Source of the DNA: an uncultured Enterobacteriaceae bacterium | Lineage (GTDB): Bacteria > Pseudomonadota > Gammaproteobacteria > Eutrophobiales > Eutrophobiaceae | Length of the DNA stretch: 51,738 nucleotides | Direction of reading: 5' to 3' | Assembly: GCA_964402775.1 (NCBI GenBank) | Contig: CAYOEQ010000002.1 | Span: 1-51,738, forward strand | Shown here: positions 44,934 to 51,738 of the stretch, piece after piece | Layout of the letters: every line of letters begins with the position of its first letter | Position numbering within the stretch: the stretch's first letter is position 1 | The notes under the pieces: generated by a model | Databases searched by the model: none | What the model was told of the DNA's origin: nothing | The model's input: only the letters and a program-made list of their open reading frames with translations | Position numbers and translations under genes: made by a program

Positions 44934-46236
44934 CTGCGGATACCATATAATTTTTCCAGGCCTGAAATTCATGACGGAACACGATGTCGCTGGTGCCGGG
45001 CGCCTGGGTAGTACCGTCACTGTTATGCTGGTCACGGCCGTAATGGCGGTGCTGGCTCACCCACTCGGAAGCCTCCGTCTGCAGGCCGTGCTGGATGCGG
45101 TGGTAGGCTTCGTAATCGTCATGGCCGGCTATGGAAAACGGTGAGAAGATCAACTGGTTGTAGAGCACCGAGGTGTGCAGCATGTCATCCGATACCCCGC
45201 CCAGCTTGAAGGTCCAGGTCTCCTGGATGGTCCTGTCGACGGCGATGGGACGGTAAACCCGTATCGTCTGCAACGCGCTCTTGAAGGCGATGCTCGGATA
45301 GATGATGGTGTTCTGCCGTTGCTGGGAAAGTATCCGGTCGGTCTTCTCTTCCCCATGGACCGCGACCAGGTCCCGTACGTATTTCGATTCGCGCGGGTAG
45401 CCGATATGGATGGTCGCATTCCCGCCGGACCAGGTATGGCCGTTGCCGCAGGTTGTCATGGCTATGGTGTCGAAAAAGTCGTAACTGGAACCGAACGGCT
45501 CCAGCATGGCGAGCGGCAGCGGCTTCTCATCATCAGGGTATTCCCCGGCCGCCTGTTTTGCAGGCTGCCATGCGGATTGGTGGGTGACGGCAGGATGCAT
45601 GTTGTCGGATACGTTTTCCAGCAGGATCTTCCAGTTGGCGTCGTGCATGTAACGTAATGTGCCGCCGGTTATCTCAAGCTCGCCGGTAGGAGACCGGTCG
45701 ACGGCATTGTCGATGGAAGTGATGGCCGGCCCCAGCCAGCTTGCCAGGTCGGGACCCTGCCGCGCCTGGCTGGCAAAAATAAAACCCCGGTAAACCTCGA
45801 CCCTTGCAACCCTGCGGATGCCGGTCATCGGGTCATCACGACTGAAAGACGAGTCCCGGTAGCCTTCTCCCCGGGGAATATGCACCAGTGCGCCGGCAGT
45901 ATCGAATACGTAACCGTGGTACGCGCAGCGTAACTGCTGCGCCTGGCCGCACGGGGCTACAGTCAACTGCGCGCCCTTATGGGCGCAGCGGTTATACAGC
46001 ACGTAGATCCGGTGGTCGCTGTGCCGGGTGACGATAACCGGCTGTTTGCCGATAGTGGTGGTAAAAAAATCACCGGGGGACTTCACCTGGCTTTCGTGCC
46101 CGATGAAAATCCAGGCATTGCCCCAGATCCGCTCCATTTCCAGGTCGAATATGCCGGGGTCGGTGTAGACCCGTTTGTGTACCCGGTCCGGTTGAACCAG
46201 CGAAGCTATTTCGTCGTTACTGATTGAAGCGCCCAT
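44917..46236 (-). CDS. Rieske [2Fe-2S] non-haem iron oxygenase, alpha-subunit type
   Basis: Rieske ligands CAHKG...CAYHGY and the mononuclear iron motif ENVSDNMHPAVTH. No beta subunit, ferredoxin or classical reductase gene is adjacent. Confidence 0.87.
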   Translation of the reverse strand: MGASISNDEIASLVQPDRVHKRVYTDPGIFDLEMERIWGNAWIFIGHESQVKSPGDFFTTTIGKQPVIVTRHSDHRIYVLYNRCAHKGAQLTVAPCGQAQQLRCAYHGYVFDTAGALVHIPRGEGYRDSSFSRDDPMTGIRRVARVEVYRGFIFASQARQGPDLASWLGPAITSIDNAVDRSPTGELEITGGTLRYMHDANWKILLENVSDNMHPAVTHQSAWQPAKQAAGEYPDDEKPLPLAMLEPFGSSYDFFDTIAMTTCGNGHTWSGGNATIHIGYPRESKYVRDLVAVHGEEKTDRILSQQRQNTIIYPSIAFKSALQTIRVYRPIAVDRTIQETWTFKLGGVSDDMLHTSVLYNQLIFSPFSIAGHDDYEAYHRIQHGLQTEASEWVSQHRHYGRDQHNSDGTTQAPGTSDIVFRHEFQAWKNYMVSADVEAP

Positions 46237-46251
46237 ACGGCACGCACGTTG

Positions 46252-46770
46252 TCAATTAACTGCCAGGCCCAGCAGGATGGTGGTCGTACAGTGGTAGACG
46301 TTGTTGCTTGAGCCCATGCACCAGTTGATATCATTGCTCTTGGACGGAAAATAATTCGGCAGGTCTCCCTCATTGCGATTGCACATGCAGCGATTACAAG
46401 TGCTTTTCCCGCAGCAGTCGTTATAGGCAATAATGTAATCGCGCCCGTCCGCGGGGTTCTTGCAGGTGCCTACCCAGGTCATGGGCGCCATTTCGGTGCC
46501 GGGCGGGCAACTGGTATGGCTGCCGCCGCAACAGGTGCACAGGAAACCGTCCATGCCGCAGTTGCGCCAGTATTCGCATTTCCCCGAGTCGCCTTCGGGT
46601 CCGGAAATCGAACTGTCATCCGGTCCCGTATTCGCATTCGCAACGGGCAGTAAGGGCACTGCGCCGGCGCCGACCAGCAGGACTCCGGCCTTGCGCAAAA
46701 AGCTCCGGCGTGACGTGTGGCGCGCCAGGGAGCGGGTTCTGTCTTGAAACCAGCGATCAAAAAAACTCAT
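46252..46770 (-). CDS. mauA: Methylamine/aralkylamine dehydrogenase light (TTQ-bearing) subunit-like protein
   Basis: 172 aa. The long Tat-type leader (TSRRSFLRKAGVLLVGAGAVPLLPV) and the Cys-rich core are colinear with Paracoccus MauA as recalled: CEYWRNC, DGFLC, SCPPGT, MTWVGTC, IIAYNDCCG, NDINWC and YHCT. Confidence 0.85.
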   Translation of the reverse strand: MSFFDRWFQDRTRSLARHTSRRSFLRKAGVLLVGAGAVPLLPVANANTGPDDSSISGPEGDSGKCEYWRNCGMDGFLCTCCGGSHTSCPPGTEMAPMTWVGTCKNPADGRDYIIAYNDCCGKSTCNRCMCNRNEGDLPNYFPSKSNDINWCMGSSNNVYHCTTTILLGLAVN

Positions 46771-46825
46771 TTTTCATCCTCATAATGGTCGGCGGGATAA
46801 ATGGTCATGAACGTTCAGGTCCTGT

Positions 46826-48040
46826 CTATGGCAACGGCGCCGGGTCGATCAAAAACGGCGTGATGCCGAGTTCTCCGGCCGAGCGCAGGTATTCGCCGCT
46901 GCTTGCGTCATAGATGTCCAGGGTGCTCAAATCCTCGGTAATAGTGTACAGCAGAGGGTTGTCATCCTGGCTCACTGCTATTGAAATGCTGGAATGCCTG
47001 GTCCTGATTTTATCCACCCGCTCCCGGGTCGCCAGGTCATAGACCCAGATTTCCGGTCCGGGCGCTTCATAGGTATAAAAATCACCCTGGTGCATCAGCA
47101 GGAAGAGACGTTGGGTCGCTTCATGCAGGGTGAGAGGCTGCATGCCGCCTATACGCCAGTTGTCCTCCCTGTCCTTTCCGTCCAGGTACCACCAGGTATC
47201 GGAAAAGACCGGCCCGTCGGCGGAAAATTCAACCGGGTGAACTTTTCCCAGCACCGACATGAAATACCAGGTATTGCCGCTGCGCACGCCGGTCTCCAGG
47301 ATCGGATCCTCGAGCGCGTTGAAAAAAGGCTCGCTCCTTTGCGCCGCGGCCTGGGTTCCCTCTTCCGTAAGGTCGATCAGCAGCAGTGCCCCGTCGCTGC
47401 ACAGCGCAAAAAAACGCCGGTCCCCCGCGCCGTAAGCCATCGCACAGCCGGGGGTCATGACTTCCCCGGCAAACCGGCGCTGTTCCAGGTCCACGATACT
47501 CAAGGAGGCCGCCGGTGTCAGGTTGAATACTGCCATGAAACGATCATCGTCGGTCAACGCCGAATCCGCCAGTCTCGGCAGGGTGGATACGCGTTTTGCC
47601 GGGATCTCTATTTCCGCCACCGGCGTTAATTTGAAAGGGTCGTAAATACTGACCACGTCGGTGCGCTCGCCGCGGGTGGTCCTGGCATAGTAGGTTTCAG
47701 CCGAATAGACTTCCCGGTAATGGCCCGGCAGGTTCAGCGCATTAAAGGAATAACCGGTGCTCAGCATGCCCAGCAACCGGGCAGTGTCTCCGTCATACAG
47801 GTAGGCGCGCCCGTCCGGCATCGAGTCCGCCGCCATATCGTAAATCCAGACCCAGTGGGGATGTGATGTCTCCGGCAAGGTGGCTACCTTGCCAAAAACA
47901 TCATTGGGCAATGGTTCACTGCTGACGTCCACGAACATATTGTTTGCGCCGGATGAGGTGGCAGGTGACGTAGGTTCATCCGCCGGTTGTTGCGCATCAC
48001 AACCCGCCAGGAAAAGGAGAAGAAGAGAGTAAAAACGCAT
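46826..48040 (-). CDS. mauB: Methylamine dehydrogenase heavy subunit-like beta-propeller, predicted lipoprotein
   Basis: RGERTDVVSIYDP and the C-terminal ISIAVSQDDNPLLYTITEDLSTLDIYDASSGEYLRS are colinear with MauB as recalled. ATG 48040 has a GGAG 4 nt upstream and gives MRFYSLLLLFLAGC (lipobox). The ORF track start at 48106 is an alternative. Confidence 0.8.
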   Translation of the reverse strand: MRFYSLLLLFLAGCDAQQPADEPTSPATSSGANNMFVDVSSEPLPNDVFGKVATLPETSHPHWVWIYDMAADSMPDGRAYLYDGDTARLLGMLSTGYSFNALNLPGHYREVYSAETYYARTTRGERTDVVSIYDPFKLTPVAEIEIPAKRVSTLPRLADSALTDDDRFMAVFNLTPAASLSIVDLEQRRFAGEVMTPGCAMAYGAGDRRFFALCSDGALLLIDLTEEGTQAAAQRSEPFFNALEDPILETGVRSGNTWYFMSVLGKVHPVEFSADGPVFSDTWWYLDGKDREDNWRIGGMQPLTLHEATQRLFLLMHQGDFYTYEAPGPEIWVYDLATRERVDKIRTRHSSISIAVSQDDNPLLYTITEDLSTLDIYDASSGEYLRSAGELGITPFLIDPAPLP

Positions 48041-48211
48041 CTTGCTCCAGGGAACTGAGATTTTATCCATGGGAAACTTAATCATTTTATACCGTGTTGT
48101 TATCATCTATAAATCCCGGACCGGATTCAAGAACTTTATCCCAATCCTTGATGAACGTACAGGGCAACAGGAAAAGATGATGGCAAAATTTACCGATATG
48201 AAACAGCACAT

Positions 48212-49537
48212 ATGACCGGAAAAGTAACTATTTTCTGGTTCAGGCGGGACCTCAGGCTGGAAGACAACTGCGGTCTCTATCATGCACTCCGGGAAGCCTG
48301 GCCGGTTAGACCGGTATTCATCTTTGATACCGATATCCTGGGCAGCCTTAGAAGCAGGCGTCATGCGCGTGTCGAGTTCATTCATGCAGAGATTTCCCGG
48401 CTCCAGGATGAACTCCGGCAGCGGGGGACGTCCCTGGACGTCAGGACAGGCAAGCCGCTTGAGGTCTGGAAGACTCTGTGTGCGGATTATGCGGTGCACG
48501 CGGTATGGGCTAACCGCGATTATGAACCGTATGCCGGGACACGGGACCGTGGGATCAGCGAATACCTGGAGGGTAAAGCCATTCCTTTCAGGACAGTCAA
48601 GGATCACACAATATTCGAGGAGAATGAAATCCTGAAAAAAGACGGTGCCCCCTATCTCGTTTATACGCCCTACAGCAAAGCCTGGAAGAAGAAACTGGCA
48701 GGGAAGCATCTGGAACCATATCCCTCGGAAACACAGACAAACTGGTTGAAGACCGGCATTAAACCGTTTCCCGGCCTTCCGCAGCTTGGCTTTGAACCGG
48801 CCGTTATTGAATTTCCCTCTCGGGAACCGGATGAAAGCATCATACGAAACTACCATGCAACGCGGGATATCCCTTCCATTCAAGGCACCACGCGCATGGG
48901 GGTGCACCTGCGTTTCGGCACCATCAGCATCCGCCGGCTCGCCGCAATGGCCGTTCGCTACAATGAAAAATACCTCAACGAACTCATCTGGCGTGACTTC
49001 TACCAGGCAATTCTCCGGCATTTCCCAAAGGTAGCAACCCGGAATTTCGATGCAAGATATGATGGAATTGAATGGAGAAACAACAGGGAGGAATTCGAGA
49101 AGTGGTGTAGTGGCATGACCGGCTATCCGCTCGTCGATGCGGGGATGCGCGAGTTGAACCATACCGGCTATATGCACAACCGGTTACGTATGATTACGGC
49201 AAGTTTCCTTACCAAGCACTTGCTGATCGATTGGAGATGGGGTGAAAGTTACTTCGCAGAAAAATTGCTGGACTATGAGTTGGCGAGCAACAACGGCGGG
49301 TGGCAATGGGCCGCCGGTACCGGAGTGGATGCCGCGCCCTACTTCAGGATTTTCAATCCTTATGCCCAGGCCGACAGGTTTGACAGGGACAGGAAATACA
49401 TCCGGCGCTGGGTGCCTGAATATGATACCCCGGACTACTCGACGCCCATGATCGACCATAAAACAGCACGAGCGCGTGCCCTCGCAGTTTTCAGGGAGGG
49501 AATTAAAAGCCGGGTAAGAAACTTGGGGTCAGAGTAA
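48212..49537 (+). CDS. phrB: Deoxyribodipyrimidine photolyase / cryptochrome family (class I-like)
   Basis: IFWFRRDLRLEDN and TGYPLVDAGMRELNHTGYMHNRLRMITASFL...NNGGWQWAAGTGVDAAPYFRIFNP are very close to E. coli Phr as recalled. Confidence 0.9.
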   Translation: MTGKVTIFWFRRDLRLEDNCGLYHALREAWPVRPVFIFDTDILGSLRSRRHARVEFIHAEISRLQDELRQRGTSLDVRTGKPLEVWKTLCADYAVHAVWANRDYEPYAGTRDRGISEYLEGKAIPFRTVKDHTIFEENEILKKDGAPYLVYTPYSKAWKKKLAGKHLEPYPSETQTNWLKTGIKPFPGLPQLGFEPAVIEFPSREPDESIIRNYHATRDIPSIQGTTRMGVHLRFGTISIRRLAAMAVRYNEKYLNELIWRDFYQAILRHFPKVATRNFDARYDGIEWRNNREEFEKWCSGMTGYPLVDAGMRELNHTGYMHNRLRMITASFLTKHLLIDWRWGESYFAEKLLDYELASNNGGWQWAAGTGVDAAPYFRIFNPYAQADRFDRDRKYIRRWVPEYDTPDYSTPMIDHKTARARALAVFREGIKSRVRNLGSE

Positions 49538-49619
49538 AAATATCACGAGACAACGGGGACGGATTTAAAATCCGTCCCCGGCATGCTGTGAATTGTATTT
49601 TTACTCTGACCCCAAGTTT
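49519..49619. repeat. 101-bp nested palindromic element spanning the stop codons of two convergent genes
   Basis: A perfect 24-bp inverted repeat has the arms aaacttggggtcagagtaaaaata (49519-49542) and tatttttactctgaccccaagttt (49596-49619). An inner 12-bp-arm palindrome, ggggacggattt-a-aaatccgtcccc, lies at 49555-49579. Confidence 0.9.
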
Positions 49620-50473
49620 TCTTCCGTATTGAGCAGGTAGTCTGCGATTGCCTGCGCCGTTTCGGCGGGTCGTTCGATGGAGATGAAGTGGCCGCAGTTC
49701 CCCAGTATTTCCAGCTTCGAATTCGGAATCAATTTATGCAGGTCGGTCATGCCGAGGCCGCTCGGCGATGATTGCACCGGCGTCATGATATCCTCATCGG
49801 TGCCGAGCAGGAGGGTCGGCGCCCGTATGTTCGCGGCATCGGTGCTGATGTCCACATTTTCTATCAATGTAAGGTCGCGGAGAAATTCCATGGGCGTCAT
49901 GCCTTGCAGGGCATAGACAAACGCATCCACCGTGTTTTCGCTCTCGGGCCTGTCCCAGAAGCCCCGTGAGAATCCCTGGTGGCTGGTGACCAGGGCAAGC
50001 GCTTCAACACCCGCTGCAGCGGCCATTCTCCATGTTTTGAAGATCACATGGCTCGCCCGGTCAAATTTTGCGAACGAACAGCTTATAACCAGTCTGTCGA
50101 TGAGATCAGGCCGCCTTCCAGCCAGCACCATAGCGACACACCCGCCCATTGACGTCCCATGGACGTGGACGGGCGCAAGCTCAAGAGTCTCTATGAATTG
50201 CGCCACGCTGTCGGCAAAATAAGTAATGCCGCGCTCGCCCGGCCCGCATTCGGACTCGCCGTATCCCGGCAGGTCGATATCGTACGTATGCAGGCGTTTC
50301 GACAGGTGGGGCGTTAACAGGTCGAAATTATTGTGTCCGGTCCCCAGTCCATGGACCTGGACAACGTTGACGGGATTCCCGGGACCTGCCTCCCGGTAGG
50401 AGGTGGAAATGCCTGAGCCAAGCTTTGCGTGGGTTACTGGCATCTTGTCAGGGAACTCTGTAGTAGGGCGCAC
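49601..50473 (-). CDS. Alpha/beta-fold hydrolase
   Basis: VHGLGTG oxyanion region, the nucleophile elbow GTSMGG and the C-terminal GNCGHF histidine. GTG start at 50473; an alternative ATG lies at 50443. Confidence 0.8.
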   Translation of the reverse strand: MRPTTEFPDKMPVTHAKLGSGISTSYREAGPGNPVNVVQVHGLGTGHNNFDLLTPHLSKRLHTYDIDLPGYGESECGPGERGITYFADSVAQFIETLELAPVHVHGTSMGGCVAMVLAGRRPDLIDRLVISCSFAKFDRASHVIFKTWRMAAAAGVEALALVTSHQGFSRGFWDRPESENTVDAFVYALQGMTPMEFLRDLTLIENVDISTDAANIRAPTLLLGTDEDIMTPVQSSPSGLGMTDLHKLIPNSKLEILGNCGHFISIERPAETAQAIADYLLNTEENLGSE

Positions 50474-50483
50474 ACATGACGAG

Positions 50484-51554
50484 TCACTTCAAGGAACAGA
50501 GTCTTGCCACACGCGGCATGACTTCCTCTGCGAAACGCCGCATTTCCCGCTCAAACGGCTGGAATTCAAGCAGGATAATTTCTATGCCCGCATCATGAAA
50601 AGCGACGATGCGCCTTGCAACTTCATCGTAGGAGCCCGTGAAACCACATCCTGTGCCGTTACCGACTCCGATCCCCGGCACCTTGGCAATCACTTTGGAG
50701 GTTACAACTTCCGGGTCGGCGTTCCTGTGCAGAGACTCATAGACTTCCCTGTCCTTTTCACGGAGTTCAAAGGCATAAGCAAGCGCTTCCTCTGCCTCGG
50801 ACTGTGTTGGACGCGCGAAGGGAAACGCCGAAACCCCGTAACTGAGTGGCACGCCGCGGCGCGGGCGCTTGCGCATGGCGGCGATTTTCCCGGCGACATC
50901 TTCCAGCGGTTGCCCGAACATGAACCAGGTGTCGCACAACTCGACGGTGAGGTTAAGCGCAGGCTCGGACTCGCCGCCCGAATAGAGTAAGGGACGCGGC
51001 CGCCATTTCGACGCGGGTTTGAATCGGTATCCGTCAAGTTTGAAGTTGTCTCCATCGACGGTCACCCGTTCGCCTGAGAAGAGCTTTTTGACGACCCGCA
51101 GCCATTCGCCGCCATAGACGTAGCGTTCATCGTGTGGAGGGAAAGGAATTCCCGCTTTCTCGAATTCGGGGCGAAACCACGCATTGACAAAATTGAGTGA
51201 AAAACGCCCCTCGCTGATCTCTTCCAGTTGCAACGCCATCTTCGCAAACACGGCCGGGTGGAACAGGTAAGGTTTGATTGCCGCGATGATCTCGATATTT
51301 TCCGTTATCGCTGCGAGTGCGCCGCAGGAAGTCAGGGTTTCCAGTTGGTCGAATTCATCTCCGAAGGGGTTGACGATGTGCTGGGCTACCAGCACGGAGT
51401 CGATGCCGAGAGCCTCCGCCTCGAGCACCAGGTCCCGGTTGCGAGCCCATGATGCGTCGGGCGGGTCTTCCGGATGATGGAGTGATGCCGAAGTACCGTA
51501 CACGACTGCCCAGATGCCGAACCGGGGGCCGGGACGTTTTGTAGCTGCAGTCAT
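50484..51554 (-). CDS. LLM-class (luciferase-like) flavin-dependent oxidoreductase
   Basis: 356 aa. The N-terminal FGIW....., LEAEALGIDSVLVAQH and FSLNFVNAW are typical of the bacterial luciferase-like TIM-barrel family. Confidence 0.78.
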   Translation of the reverse strand: MTAATKRPGPRFGIWAVVYGTSASLHHPEDPPDASWARNRDLVLEAEALGIDSVLVAQHIVNPFGDEFDQLETLTSCGALAAITENIEIIAAIKPYLFHPAVFAKMALQLEEISEGRFSLNFVNAWFRPEFEKAGIPFPPHDERYVYGGEWLRVVKKLFSGERVTVDGDNFKLDGYRFKPASKWRPRPLLYSGGESEPALNLTVELCDTWFMFGQPLEDVAGKIAAMRKRPRRGVPLSYGVSAFPFARPTQSEAEEALAYAFELREKDREVYESLHRNADPEVVTSKVIAKVPGIGVGNGTGCGFTGSYDEVARRIVAFHDAGIEIILLEFQPFEREMRRFAEEVMPRVARLCSLK

Positions 51555-51738
51555 AGTCCGCTTCTGTCTTGCAATACTTTATATTGTCAGGTGTACAAAC
51601 CTTGAACAATTATAGCGAACTGGTTCAAACCGTGGGATTAAAGGCAACAATACGAATTGGTCAAAGTCGAAAACCATGGTTAAGATAACAGGATGAAACT
51701 GGAACGCAGGTTATTTACCATTCTCGGCCCCGGTCTTT

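Noticed and set aside
48107-49177. 356-aa minus-strand ORF directly upstream of, and in frame with, the mauB-like gene
   Set aside because: It is antisense to the photolyase gene, whose translation matches the photolyase family along its whole length. The antisense product has no recognisable features. It is separated from the mauB-like frame by a TAG at 48107-48109.
51693-51738. Start of a plus-strand gene at the right edge (MKLERRLFTILGPGL...), possibly an NRAMP-type transporter
   Set aside because: Only 15 codons are visible and the SD spacing is poor, so there is too little sequence to support a call.

Overview
The window looks like chromosome from a gammaproteobacterium. The core gene order is the classic enterobacterial/pseudomonad layout: rpmF-plsX-fabH-fabD-fabG-acpP-fabF-pabC-mltG-tmk-holB-tatD; rpoE-rseA-mucD-lepA-lepB-rnc-era-recO-pdxJ; divergent rne/rluC; smc-ligA; and nadB. 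I call about 50 protein genes. I found no rRNA, tRNA, CRISPR array, transposase or integrase. Accessory material sits in three places. (i) About 0.8-4.2 kb holds a visibly AT-richer class II (autoinhibited) Fic gene, an orphan Phd/YefM antitoxin with a decayed toxin stub, and an endonuclease-Q-like PHP nuclease coupled to qor. (ii) About 5.3-11 kb holds an NCS1 permease-FAH-LigB/MhpB-like dioxygenase operon, a MetE-like zinc protein and a class V aminotransferase. (iii) About 43.5-51.6 kb is the most unusual block. A mauB/mauA-like TTQ amine dehydrogenase pair (heavy subunit with a lipobox, light subunit with a Tat leader) is followed directly by a Rieske oxygenase and an OYE-type flavoprotein. 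No mauE, mauD, mauG or cupredoxin gene is linked. A photolyase, an alpha/beta hydrolase and an LLM monooxygenase follow. There are four nucleotide-level oddities. A 26-nt direct repeat brackets a 95-bp insertion exactly at the fabH-stop/fabD-start junction. A 101-bp nested palindrome encodes the same NLGSE-stop ending on two convergent genes. Its ~28-nt core recurs after nadB, next to a perfect 16-bp hairpin. A 62-codon ORF exactly bridges fabG and acpP. All family calls come from reading motifs in the supplied translations; no database search was possible.
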